Origin: Salpingoeca rosetta
Lineage: Eukaryota; Protista; Choanoflagellata
DNA: 64,000 nt
Reading direction: 5' to 3'
Assembly (NCBI GenBank): GCA_033442325.1
Contig: JAWQFM010000014.1
Span: 1,074,241-1,138,240 of the forward strand
The position numbers and the translations under genes are program-made. Of this stretch, positions 25,814-49,999 are shown piece by piece. The notes beneath the pieces are model-generated. The model was not told the DNA's origin and searched no databases. It worked only from the letters and a program-made list of their open reading frames with translations. Within the stretch, counting starts at the first letter, position 1. Each line of letters opens with the position of its first letter.

Positions 25814-26956
25814 CTTTGGCGTCAAGGGGAGCGAGAGACAAGCAGGGGTTGGTTGATCTGCCGAGGTGGACGTTCAGAGATGCTGAAGATCAGGCAAGGG
25901 CGAAGGCATCGAGAAAATGTCACCAATGGATGGTGGTGGTGGTGGTGGTTGATGGTGCACCTTCAAAACAACAACTAACCAAGCCCTCGAAGGTGGCGTG
26001 ATCACGTTAATCATGTCTCACACCACATCACAACTGCTGTTGTTCCTCGTGACTTCACAACACAACAACAACGTCACAGACAACACCCACTGCTTTTGTG
26101 TTGTGTGTTGTGTGTGTGGCAACAGCCATCATGATGGCGTGTGCTGGTGGTGGTGCCACCTCCTTTAGCCTGTTTTTCAAATCGCGCGGCAGGTGTCCGC
26201 TTTCCTAAACCGCATTTTGTGAGTTTCGCACATGTCAGCAATAAAAGCGCTGACTCATGCGTGGGTTGGGTTGCACTTTCAAAAAAGTGGCGGCGGGACA
26301 CAACTCAGTCGAAGAAGATTTGCTGCGGCACTCGTTCACCGCGCAAATTGGGGGTTGTCAGATGAACGATGGCGATGATGGTGGGGCACGACAAAGGCTC
26401 ACTGATCACCTGTGCCAGTAACGTCTGCGAGGATGGTGCGCACGATCCAGGTGAGCGGGAGTGTGAGCGGGTGTGAGTGAGAGAGCGGCAACTCGGCTCA
26501 TACCTCCCGCAACACTGCATGCTTTCCCTTGCTGTGGCGCGGTGTTTTTTTTTCTTTGCAGGCCTGTGTGTTGTGAGTGTGTGTGAGTGAGTGTGTGTGT
26601 GTGTGTGTGTTTGTGTGCCTGCCTTCTCCTTGCGTTGCTTGCTTGCTCGCCATCCTCCCGCACACACGCACACGCACACGCACACACCTTCATGCCACCT
26701 TTTTCTCTCTCTTGCTCCCTGTGTGTGCGCTCACTTATCCAACCACCCACTCTCCACACCCTCCTCGCTTGTCTCCTCCCTTCCCTCCATCTGGCATCGA
26801 TCACAGGCCCACTGGCAAGCAAGAGGGTGTGCCACCACCCTACCCTCCGGTACACTGCCAAGGAAACACCACGAACGCACGCCCCGGCTGTCGCGGATCT
26901 CCGGGATCGGGATCCCTTCGCAGGCCCACGGGACAACACGGCGGTGACTGGCAGAA

Positions 26957-28321
26957 ATGGAACAACACCAAGGCATGCCACGACTCACAGGCCTGACTGA
27001 TGGCCATGAACGTGTTCCAACACGTCCGCACACCATGCCTGCAGCGTTGTCAACGCAGGCTGCCGCGCCCCACTCAAATGCCTCCTCTTCGGTCAATCCG
27101 TACGCCGATCACAAGTCAACGAGCCCGGAGCCATTTCGCCGTCAGCCCCCATCAACGCAAGCCGTTCTGCACCCAACGCCGGCCCACGGGAACCCCTCCG
27201 CACGCCCGCACGCAACCCAGGCCGCACAGGCAACGCTAGCAACCAGCCCTCAGTCACAGGGGTTTCCGCCGCAGGCTCAGCCCACCCCAATCCTCTCACG
27301 AATTCCAAGTCAAGACACACGGTCAAACAGGGTTCTCAACTTTGGCGAGTCTGCTCCACGGAGCGGTGCAGACGGCGGCCCATGGCCCGGCGTCAATCAG
27401 CCACCACTGTACGGCGACCTCCAGCATGGCAACCCGTCTTCGTTCCGCGACTTCCTTTCTCACCCTCAACACTCGACGAGCTCTTCCGCCATGGGCCCCA
27501 ACGCCACCAACGCCATAAACGACCTTCTCCCTTCTGCTTTCCCGTTCTCGTTCGACGAGTCACAACTTCCTGGCATCTCCAATACGCCGCCAAGCTTTGG
27601 GGCACCTGCTGAGCTCACGGAACTGCCAAGTCCACCCAACCAAGAAGCGGCTTCTCGTCAGCTCGAGTATGCAACCGACCGTCCCGCCACCGCGCCTCCG
27701 ACCATCCCCACAATCCCCGCCACCGCCGCTTTCGCGACCACAACTACCACTCCCCCAACTCCCTCCTCCTTCTCCCCTTATGCGTCCGCTTTGATGACCG
27801 GACCCGCCACCCAGCGTGTGACACCTGACACGGGCGAAAACACCAACGCCCGCAGCAACGATGCCGGTGACCACGACGATAACAACAGGGATGAGGAGGG
27901 GGACGATCATGACTGGGAAGACTGCGATGATGATGATGATGATGACGATGAGAACAATGACCACAACAATGGCGGTGCTGAGGACGACCGTGCCGTGAGT
28001 CGCCAAATGCACGCTGTACTTCAGGCACGGCGGCACCTGAAGCGGCTGCAGCGGGGCGCCAGGCGTTGGCTTGATATCACTCATGTGATGTCACTGCTTC
28101 CATCCGAGGCTGACATGACCCGGCTTCAACACGTTCTGGCCCGAGGCATCACACTCAACGACACCGACACTCGCGCGCTCTCCCGCAGCACATTCACAAG
28201 GATTCGCCGGCGTATGAAGCAGACTTATCAACTGCTGTCACGACTTCGCCACCTCTTTGGCCTTTCTCGCCGCCGGGACCAGAACTGCAAGGCTCAGCGC
28301 AAGCATCGTGGCCAAAACTAA
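26957..28321 (+). CDS. Intronless 454-aa hypothetical protein (Pro/Ser/Thr-rich, acidic tract, basic helical C-terminus)
   Basis: Long stop-free ORF not driven by microsatellites; no recognisable domain. Confidence 0.5.
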   Translation: MEQHQGMPRLTGLTDGHERVPTRPHTMPAALSTQAAAPHSNASSSVNPYADHKSTSPEPFRRQPPSTQAVLHPTPAHGNPSARPHATQAAQATLATSPQSQGFPPQAQPTPILSRIPSQDTRSNRVLNFGESAPRSGADGGPWPGVNQPPLYGDLQHGNPSSFRDFLSHPQHSTSSSAMGPNATNAINDLLPSAFPFSFDESQLPGISNTPPSFGAPAELTELPSPPNQEAASRQLEYATDRPATAPPTIPTIPATAAFATTTTTPPTPSSFSPYASALMTGPATQRVTPDTGENTNARSNDAGDHDDNNRDEEGDDHDWEDCDDDDDDDDENNDHNNGGAEDDRAVSRQMHAVLQARRHLKRLQRGARRWLDITHVMSLLPSEADMTRLQHVLARGITLNDTDTRALSRSTFTRIRRRMKQTYQLLSRLRHLFGLSRRRDQNCKAQRKHRGQN

Positions 28322-29099
28322 CACAATCGCTCGTAGAAGGCACCTTCCGTGATCCGGCCTGTCGATGTCTTGTCTTGGCTCGTCTGGTCAGCACAAGCCC
28401 TCGTCTTCACGCGTCGCTTTGTATGTCTTCAGCTGAGTTGTTGTGCAAACGCCGCTGCGTTTCCGCCAACACTCCCTCGCAGTTCTTCCTTGCGCTCGTT
28501 TTGTGCCGTTTCTCCCCTCTGCTTTTGTTCCTTCTTTCTCCCTCTTCCTGCTTTCTTTCTTTTCCCCCTCTTTGTGCTTCCTTTCTGCTTTCTTTCTTTC
28601 TTTTCCCCCTCTTCGTGCTTCCTTTCTGCTTTTCTCTCCCCCCCCCTCTCTCTCTCTTCTTGTTTCCGCATTGCTGATGTGCGTGCCTTCCCGTAGTCCC
28701 CTCCTTTCCATTGCATTTGTCACCATGCATCTGATCGAAAAGCTCTTGCTTCATGCTTGCTTGCTTGTGTTACTGTTCTTTCACTCGTTCTGCCGCTTTT
28801 GTATTGCCAAACTCCCTTTCGACTGCACCTTTGCATGGCCATGCATTGTTTGCTGCGTCGTTTACTTCCCCCGTCAAAAGAAAATGTCTTCACAAATGGC
28901 AGACGGACGGGGAGAGAGACAGAGAGACACGCAGAGAGCGAGAGAGACAGAGAGAGATCCAGAGAGACAGAGAGAGACAAACATAGTGGCCAGCAAAAAC
29001 CACCGAAACTAACTTCGACACCACTGACAAGGAGTGTGGCAAGTAACAATGTGTCGAACCAAGCACAAAACCAAACATGAACCTGATCCAGGCACCACT

Positions 29100-31141
<2,042 letters not shown>

Positions 31142-31585
31142 GACGCTGATGGTCTGCCACTCTTACGCTTAGGCTCACGCCCTCGCAGTCACGCTCCCAC
31201 TTGCTTCCTTGCTGCCACTTGTCAACTTTGCCTCACGCTCCGCTTCCTCCGCTCGACCAAGGCGATTGTGGGCGATTTGTGGATGATTTGCGCTGTTTTT
31301 CCTCTTGGACGATTTTTGCCATTTTCAGCGGCCACCAGCAGCCCGCGTGCCACGCTTCCATGCTCACTGCCACGCGTCATTCTCCCTTTTTTGCACCACC
31401 CTCCTTGAGCGTGTGTGTGTGCGTGTGCCTCCACGTGCAGATATCCACTGTGTTCACAACAACCAGAAGACCAGACGTTGGCACACGCAATCGGCACTGA
31501 GCCCTTGCAGTGAGGCCACCGCACCGCTCGCAACCTCATTTTTCACCGCGTTCAGTTGAACTTCTCTCGAAGCGCACCCACAACC

Positions 31586-34500
31586 ATGTCGCACCACAAC
31601 AAGCAACCCCGCCACTACGCTCAAGGCCGCCACCCACAGTACTCGCCCTACCACCAGCAGCAGCAGCAACATCAGCAGCACCTCCCGCACCACGCTCGCC
31701 ACCACCAGCCGCACCAGCCCGGTCATACATTCACCCCAACCATGCAGCCCATGGCACAGCAGTACTTTCAACCCACCCACGTCGCCCCGCCCATGCACGC
31801 CCAAATGCAGGCCGGCACGACGCCCATGGGCGTGCCCAGCTCTTACGCCAGCCCGTATGGCTCGCACATGATTGCCCCACAGCACCAGCAGCACCAGCAG
31901 CAGCCACACACCATGCCTGGCCAGCCTCCTCACCAGCACGGCCAGCGCCAGCCCATGCCCTTGCGCACAGGTCCCACCATGCCAGCTTCCACCACCGCCG
32001 CAACCAACCCCACCACCACGACGCCATCTGCTCCGCCGAGCAGCAAGCCGGCCGGAAGCACGCTCCTCTTCAAGCTCGGAGATAAGCCGCCCACCCCGAC
32101 CACCCCTGAGGTGCAAGGCGACGCCACAAAGTCAGTCCAGCAACCGCAGAAGGAACTGGAGGAGGCAGCCACGCCCCCGGCCGCCACCATTACCAAGCCC
32201 ACAGGACCCAAGCGCCTCTTTGAGATTACCAAGCCCAAGGAAGAGGAGGCGGACAAGAACGCAAAGCCCGCCCAGGAGCCCGCCAAGGCACCCGAGCCGC
32301 AAGCCCCGGCACCGGCTGCCGTCGCCACCACCACCGCCTCCGCCGCCGAGCAGCCCAGCAAGAAGGAAGAGGAGCAGGCCCCAGCACCAAAGGCAGAGGC
32401 ACCAGCCAGCAGCGCTGCGCCCCAGGCTGCCGAGGCCACGCAAGCACAACAGCCCGTCAGCGAGCAAGCGCATCCCGCTGACCAGGAACAGCAGGAGCAA
32501 CAACAAGAGGAAGCAGTCGAAGAAGAGGAGGAAGAGGACCAAACCCCACCATCTCCCTTGCCCTTCGAGGGACCCTACACCATGGCTTTTATGATGAGCC
32601 TGCGCGGGAAGCCCCAGTGTCGGGAATCCCCAACCAACCCCAACAAGTCGCTCAGTGGTCTTCTTCCAGGCTGCAAGAACCCGCTCAACCAGTTCGGCCG
32701 CGCCCGCACAGACGATCGCCCGAGCCGCCAGCCTCGCACAGGCCCCAACAACCAATCCTCCTCGCTGCTTGTTGGTGGCACCCGCCGTCGTGGCGGTGGT
32801 CGCCGGCCCATGCCGCCACCCCAGGCTCGTGGCCCACACCTCATCTCCGTCCACATCCCCGACACGGATGTCACTCTCAAGCGCTCCGAGAACGCATTCA
32901 AGCGAGGCGAGCAGAGCATCATTGGCAACCTTCGTGGCCACCTGGGCAAGATCACCCTGGACAACTTTGACGATATTGTCCTTGACATTATCCAGGAGGC
33001 AGAGCAGCTCCCTCCTGACAGCGAGGAGTTTGACAAGTTCATCGAGCTCATCCAGGACACGGTACGACCCCAAAGCCTTGCCGTGTGATGGTTGTGTTTG
33101 AACGGAACCGCGCGCGTGCATGTGCGCGAATCGAGATGTGTCGGCCTTGGTTTGGCGCTATGCGTCGCTGTTGTTCCAAGTGTGACGCTCTGTTCTTGAC
33201 GCAAAAGAGCAAAGTGGTGATCCTGTCTCTCGCTTATTTCCATGTCCCCACGTTGTCCTCACCTAAACGCACGCGCATGCGGTTTGTTGCCCATCACAGG
33301 CCAAGGATAGCGAGTTCTTCTCCATGATCTACGCAAAGCTGTGCAAGTCCCTGAGCAGAGCGCGAACGGAGAAGTTGGGGGCCAAGTTCCCCACCTTCCA
33401 GAACAAACTCCTGGCCATTTGCAAGAAGGATGTGCAGGAAGACTTCAAGACACTTGACACGGAGATCAAGAAGCTCGAGAAGATTGTCAAGGAGCTGCAG
33501 CAAGGTCGGTCACTCTGTTTGCATGTTTGCGTGCGTATGTTTGTACGTGCATGTTTGTTTGCGTATGTTTGTACGTGCATGTTACGTTTGTTTTCTTTGA
33601 GTACGCGTGCATTGTTCCGCTTTGGTGCTTGTGTCTCGTTGCATGTGGTCTCACATCACTCTGCTCCTACTTCTCCTCGCTGTCCTCCCCCCCCCCCTTT
33701 GTTTGTTACAACTTTGTCTCTGCAGGCAACCCCAACGATCCCGAGCTTCAGAAGCAGGGCGACGAGCTGTACACGCTCAACCGCAAGCGCCAGAAGCTCA
33801 TTGGCAACGCTGTCTTCGTCGCTGAGCTCTTCAACGAAACTGTGGTACGTTACAGTGCAGGGTTGAATGCGACTACCCAACAGCAACCAAGCACGACAAA
33901 CACCAAAACAGCGACAACAACATCAACATCACCTCCTCCTCCTCCTCCTCCTTCTTCTTCTTGTTCTTGTTCCCTGTTCTTTCGCCATTCTACCTGTTGT
34001 GTACGTTCCGTCGTGGGTTTTTTTCCTTTCGTTCTTTTTTTTTTTTCGGCCGAAGTGGTATCTGCAGCCTTGAGTTTTCTTATCCCCATCTCGATGGTTG
34101 TTCGAGTCAGGCCAAGACCGACACTATATGTTTACTATAGTTGTGCACGAGCTATCGCTCCTTTCGCAAGCATGCGTGGCGGTGTCAATACCGCTATGCA
34201 TTGCATGAAAGTGGACGAGTGCATGCATTCATGCCTTGAGCACACATTCAACCCAATCCGTTTCTTTGTCTTCTGTTTGTCGTTTCTGTGTTTTTCTTCG
34301 TGCTGTTCTTGTGCTTGTTTCTGCGCTCGGCTTTCAACCGCGTGCTGTATGCTTTCTTCCTTCATCTCCCTGTACTTTCTTTCGTTCTGATGTTTTGCTT
34401 GCCAAGTTACTGTGATGGCGTAGCTCTCACCGTTTTGATCCGCACCACCCATGCACTGCAGGTGAGCCTTGACCTGCTCAAGCAGGTTGTGGAGACGTAC

Positions 34501-37261
34501 TGGAAGCAGAACGAGGCCGAAGACGCGGTCATGTGCATGTGCAAGATTGTGGAGAAGGCAGGCGCCAAGCTTGAGAAGGAGCAGAAGCCGCTCCTCGAGG
34601 AGTACCTCGGCCGACTCTCCGGCTGCAAGCACATCCCCAACAAGCTCCAGTTCTTCATCATGGACATCAAGGACCTTCGCAAGAAGGGGTGCGTTGCATG
34701 TGTGGGTGAGTGTGAGAGAAAGAGGCAGAGTGTGTGTGTGTGTGTGTTTGCGTGTGTGAAGGGGGATTGGGCGTGCAATGAAGTCGACGCACCCTGAACA
34801 GCCTCGCGTTTTTCCATGCATTTTCACTCATTCACCACTGCTCCGGTCATGATGATGACTGCTTGCATCACACACCCCACAGATGGGTCAAGCCTGAAGA
34901 TGGTCCGCGCAAGCGCAAGGATGTTATTGCCGAGGCGCAGGCTGAGATGAAGTCACATGGCCGCCCGCTGCAGGGCAGGCGCACCAGCTCCTCCTCACAG
35001 GTATGCCGCGCGCGCGCACACACACACAGAGCACGTCTGTATACAAGATTTTGATGGTGGTGGCATGATGATTGTTACATGATTCTTGAACATCAATAGG
35101 AAGTGTCGTCTGATCGGGCGATGAAAGCCAGCGCTGGAGCCCATGACGATGAATCATGTCTCTGACCACCACCCACCAGTTTCGTTTGTTGCGGTATCTT
35201 TACGATTTGTTGCTGTATCGTAACTATCGCAGAAGTGCTCCATTGTGCCACCAACAACGTCTTGACTCACCCCTGTTCTCTCTGCTCGTCCTGTCTCCAA
35301 TTTTTTTTCTCTTCCTCGTACAGCCGGGTGCAAAGGCAAAGATGACGCAGGAGCGCCGCGACGTGAACAAGATTGGTCTTCAGGGCAAGCTTGCGCCCAT
35401 GCGCCGCGCCAACCAGGCGTCCCGCTTCTCCCGCGGTTCCCGCCCGACGCTGCCCGGAAGCCAGTCAGCCACGCCGGCCCCAAGCAAGCCCGCCAACCGC
35501 TACAAGCTCCTTGGCGAGGCTGAGCCCACTCCCGAGCCTGAGACCCCTGCCGCAGAGCCCGCCCAGGACCTCGACAAGCTCAAGCGCTCCTGCAGGAACA
35601 CCATTGAGGTGCTTCGCTCTGCGTGCTGTGTCTAGTGTTGTGTGTGTGTGTGTGTGTTTGTGTACCGGGTTGGTCGTGTTTACATGTCCGTCCACAACCC
35701 CATTTCGACCACTGATCATTTCCTCTTGCTCGCTTGCCCCTCCCCAATGATTGACATGAATCATTTCACGTGCGCAGGAGTATGTGCTGAACAAGGACGA
35801 CAAAGAGCTGTACGCGTGCGTGCGTGAGCTTGGCGAGGACCAGTACCACGTGTTTGTGTCTGAGCTTGTGGCCGACCTGTTTGGTCTGATCAAGGCCCCG
35901 AAGCGCGAGGCCCTCCTCCAGCTGCTGCAGAAGCTCATGTCCGAGAAGATTCTCACCCACAAGCACGCCCTGCAAGCGTAAGTCGCTGTGTGTGTGTGTG
36001 TTGTCGATACATGTTGTTGCGCATTGGGTTGTGTTTTTGTTTTTGTATTTTTGTGTGTGGCCTTTGTTGAAGCTTCGAGCTTTTTAGCGGCAGTGATTGG
36101 CCAGATGTCTATGATGTGAATTAACCATGCTAATCCTGAATGCCCCTTCATTTACTTGGAGGTGCATACCGTGACGAGCAAATAATCTCGTTAAACTGAG
36201 ACATCTTGTCGCTGTGCTGTGTGTTTGTGTGCCATCGATTCTGCTCCTCCTCATTTCCCCACCCGAGTGCTGACCTGCGCGTGATTCTCACACCATGTTT
36301 TTGTTTTCGCTGTCTATTTGCTTGCTTGCCTGCGTCACGCCATCATCTTCGTATCTGTTCGTATCTATCTTTCGTGGTTGGTGTACACAGCACGCACGAC
36401 CGCCTGGAGACGCTCGATGACGACAGCATGGACTCGCCAAAGGCCCCTGCATTCCTGGCGCAGTTTGTTGTCAACGTGAGTTGTTGTGAATGTTGAGCTC
36501 CACTGCGTTTTATCGGTTTTGTCTATGCCTCGTCGCTGAGTGTGCTTCTGTTCTAGTTTTACGCTACGCGGCGGATATTGGGCACTCACTCACACTCGTT
36601 GCTCCTTGGTCCTGTGGTGGCATCATTGGAAAGGGTCTTGACGACAACGAGATTGAGACGCTGCTGAAGGATGAGTCCACGCTCAAGCCGCTGATGAACC
36701 CCTTCAGCTTTGTTGTTGAGGTTGTTGCCGCCATGAACGAAGCCAAGGGCGAGGAAGCCGCCAAGAAGCTCACCGCTGCCCTGGGCGGTGACCTGTCCTC
36801 CTTCCAGAAGAGGAAGAACGAGGCGCTGTTTAAGCGCACGCTGGAGCGCAAGGTACGCCTTTCTTTGCACTTTGTTGTTCCTTGTACTGTTGGTTGCTCT
36901 TGTGTATGTATGTCGCTGTTTGACTGTGTCCGGGTGATGAACTCGTGTTTTGAATCAAGATGTATCAGAGTGACCTTTGCGTCACGTGCTGAAGAGAATC
37001 ACATGCACCACCTTCTGACGGGCTGTTGTTGTCATTGTGCTGTCGATGTTGTTGTTGTTGTTGTTGTTGTTCATGGTTTTGGCTTGTGACGTCTGTGAGA
37101 CGTACGTACGAACGAGCATGTGTTCTAATCTAACGTTGGCTCTTCCCACTTGTATCTCACGACATGGCTTGTCTTGTTGCACACGTTGCACTGCCTCCTG
37201 TTGTCTCCTGTGACTGTTGTGATTGCAGGGCTTGTCCTTCCTGCTGCCCACGGAAGCTTAA
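31586..37261 (+). CDS. EIF4G: Eukaryotic translation initiation factor 4G (eIF4E-binding motif, MIF4G and MA3 domains)
   Basis: Pro/Gln-rich N-terminus; YTMAFMMSL (32576-32602) at the eIF4E-binding position. MIF4G: LRGHLGKITLDNFD..FFSMIYAKLCKSL..FQNKLLAIC..LIGNAVFVAELF..MCKIVEKAGAKLE..KLQFFIMDIKDLRKKGW. MA3: RNTIE|EYVLNKDDKELYACVREL..LDDDSMDSPKAPAFLAQF. The last exon 37229-37261 encodes GLSFLLPTEA*. Confidence 0.9.
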
Positions 37262-37379
37262 CGCGTTTGCAACCTCGTTCCTCTTTGGCTAAGCTAATTC
37301 GTCTCTGTTGTGGTGAGTTTGGTCAACTGCGACATGTGCTCGCCTAGTCTCGTCTTCCTCGTTTGTGTGGCGCTTTGTT

Positions 37380-37447
<68 letters not shown>

Positions 37448-38290
37448 TCTTCCTCTTCTTTCTGCTTTTCAACCGCCTTCTCTTGAACGCAGCTGCTAGA
37501 GCCTTTCAGCCCTTTTTGTGAAGACTTGTGGGCTGTTGAGGTTTGGGAATTTACATTTCGCTGCAAGATCACCTTGGGTGCTCTTAGAGTCGACTACGGC
37601 TGCTTCCCATCAGCTACTAGTCGCTACCGCACTCGTACATTTTCATTTGTCGTCAAACGACTCTTTGTTTGGTCGCTCTGTTTCTCCCACCCCCACAACC
37701 TTTTCTTCCCCCTTCCTTCGTTGCTCTTCGATCTGTTCCCCATTTCCTTTCACACAGCCTGGTGCGCTCGTGGTGTTTCTCCAGCTCACCCTTGATTTGC
37801 CCTTGCCTTGTGTTTCCTCACATCATGGTCATTTCAGATTTATTTTATTGTCCAAGCTACGTCGGTTGGCTTCCTCATCGTGCTGATCCGGCCGCTCTTT
37901 TTGTTTGCTCTGTGTGTGTGTGTGTGTGTGCGCGCGCTTTGTTGTGCGTTTCTTTCTCTCGTGCGCTGTCAGCGTGTTTTGTTTTTGTTTTTTGTTTTTT
38001 GCCTGTAAGGGCTCAACTGTCCTGAGCGATGTGTAACCGTATCCGTGGTTCATTTCATTACATTAACGACAAACAAACATAAAGTACAACACCGCCAATG
38101 GAGTGGTGTGTCAGTGTTGCGTGAGGTGTCAGTTCGGTGGTCAAGTCTCTCTAGTTTCCGCCTTTCGCTTTGCCTGTCGTGGCATCCTTGGACGTAAAAT
38201 GTAACAGACATGGCGACAGCATACGGGTTGTCTGATGGTGCTGTTAAGCAAACCTGAAAAACAAGTCAAAAACAAGCAAAAAACAACGGC

Positions 38291-38364
38291 TGCTCCATAC
38301 CAGGCTCGAACTGATGACCTTGAGTTTATTAGACTCACGCGCTAACCAACTGCGCCAATGGAGC
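38291..38364 (-). tRNA. tRNA-Ile (anticodon AAT)
   Basis: Minus strand GCTCCATTGGCGCAGTTGGTTAGCGCGTGAGTCTAATAAACTCAAGGTCATCAGTTCGAGCCTGGTATGGAGCA. Acceptor stem GCTCCAT/ATGGAGC, anticodon arm TGAGT-CTAATAA-ACTCA, T-loop TTCGAGC, followed by an oligo-T Pol III terminator. Confidence 0.95.
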
Positions 38365-39010
38365 TTCTTTGCTATGTTGGGGCATGCAAAATTGAAAATA
38401 AAAAAAAATTGCTGCGCTGCCGTGACTTCCTTCCCAAGCAAGCGAACACTCACCCTTCCTTTCCTTGCTTGACATTGATCTCATGTCACGCCATTTTCAC
38501 ATCACACAAAAACTTCTTGCATGCATGCTGCACTGCTTTCTGCATCTTTGTATGTACACACGACCATCGTAGCTGTCGCCGTAACAGGGTAACAACAGTT
38601 TGCACAGCCAGCGGCAGCGAGTCGAAGCAAATCCGAGCAAGGGATCAACAACGCGCAAAGGAGAGCAGCAATCAAGTAGCAGCAATGCAAGCAAGCAACT
38701 AAGCAAGCAGCAGCAGAGGTTCAACAGTGACAAGCCAGGAGCGACAACCCAGACAAAACAGCCCCCTCCCACCCCAAACGGCCAGAACCAATCCACAATG
38801 CAGTGCAGCAAACGGAAGATCACCCTTCACACACCTTTGTTACCCTCCTCCTTGCTGTCATGCAACCCAAAACCAGCAAAACCCAAACCCACTGGCTTTG
38901 GGCTAGGCTCTCTGTACTCGAAGACTTTGATTACCGACTCTCGTCCAATGTCACGCCACACACCACACACCCTGCACACACACACGCACGCGCGCACATC
39001 CCACGCGCCA

Positions 39011-42015
<3,005 letters not shown>

Positions 42016-43321
42016 CTTGTTTTGCGCTCCGGGCAGCAGCATTGCATGCACAACCGCACACGAAGAAGACAGAGAAGAGAGAACGAAGGATCGTGGTCAC
42101 AGCAATACGCAACAAAGGCAACAACAATGAAGACGAGTGGATGGAAGAACGGAACACACGCGCTCGCGCAAGTGGAAACCAAGAGATCGTGTGTGAGAAG
42201 GAGAGAGAAAGTGTGTGTGTGTGTGTGTATGTATGTGTGTGTGTGTATGTGTGTATGTGTGTGCGTGTGTATGTGCGTGTGGGAACCGAGAGGGAGAGAG
42301 AGAGAGATACTTGTGATCAAGCGCCCAGCGCCCTCGTGCAGGAGATGAAAAGGCGAGTGAAGGCAGACACAGAGATCAGAAGAAAAGAGAGGTCGAACCC
42401 ACTCGACAACAACAGCTGTCCGATGTTGTGGTTTGCGTTGCTTGCAAGCAACCGGCTTTCGCTCTCAAGTGCTTGCACGCAGGCAAGTCTCCTCGGTAAT
42501 GTACAAAACACCAGGCGCAGATGAAGATACTTTGATCTGCTGCCGTTACTAGCTAGCCAGTTCGTGGCGGTGGGACAAAGATGTGCGCACCCACAATTGA
42601 CACACAAGTCGAGGGAGGGATCTTCAGGTGACAAGATGGCTGACTTTTGAGTGTGTGTTCGTTGTCAAGCCTGTTTGCGCCAAGGAAATGTGCGAGTGCG
42701 CTTGGTGTGGAGTGGAGAAAAGGAGGATAGGATGCAAGAGGAGGGAGGAGGGAGTGGGAGGATACACACGAGCACGCGTTCAATGACGACGATCCCTGGG
42801 CCGGGCTAGGATGCGTGTGAATAGAGAGGAGCGAAGGCGAGGAAGGAAAAGGGGGAGGAGAAGGGAGGACGCAGGTCGGTCGGTGATGGTTTTTTTGGTT
42901 TGTTGGCTGGCTGCTGTTGGTTGCAGGTGATGCTGATGGTCGTGGGCCACGGCCGGCAAGCAACAAGAAAGCAAGAACGAGCAGAGCAAAGCAAAGTTGG
43001 CAGCAACGCCAAAAATCCGAGCGTGTGTGTTTGGTTGGGGCTTTGCGTTGCCTGGGACATTCGAGGCAGCGATGCATCAAGTACAGCAATTGTGTGGCGA
43101 ATGATGTGGCGAATGGTTTTGATTTGATGGCACACAAACGAAAGCGACGAAGGAACGACGGAAGCGGATGGATACCAAAACTGTGCAGTGTGCAGGAACA
43201 GACACACACACACACACACACACACCACCACACACACTACCCCACACACACGACTAACACACACTAACACTACAACCCCACACACCCTCCCCCCCCCCCT
43301 CTCTCTCTTTCCCACCCCATC

Positions 43322-49659
<6,338 letters not shown>

Positions 49660-49660
49660 C

Positions 49661-49817
<157 letters not shown>

Positions 49818-49999
49818 GAACCACCACCACAACAGGCGTTTTCGAATCGGACGCGGCAACCGCTCATGCACTTTTTATGCTGTCGAAAACCGCACGCACG
49901 AGCTGAGCACACGACTCTGCACACACGCACACACGAACACACACACACACACACACACACATCGTTCGGCTGCACGCTTGCTTGTGTTATCATTTCAAG

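Noticed and set aside
26100-28900. Transposon call for the orphan-ORF island
   Set aside because: No terminal inverted repeats, LTRs, target-site duplication or transposase/RT motifs could be identified by eye.
42480-43065. RFX X-box-like motifs upstream of the NEK kinase (GTTGTCA at 42661, GTTGCCTGGGAC at ~43047)
   Set aside because: Only half-site or degenerate matches, expected by chance; the TSS is unknown.
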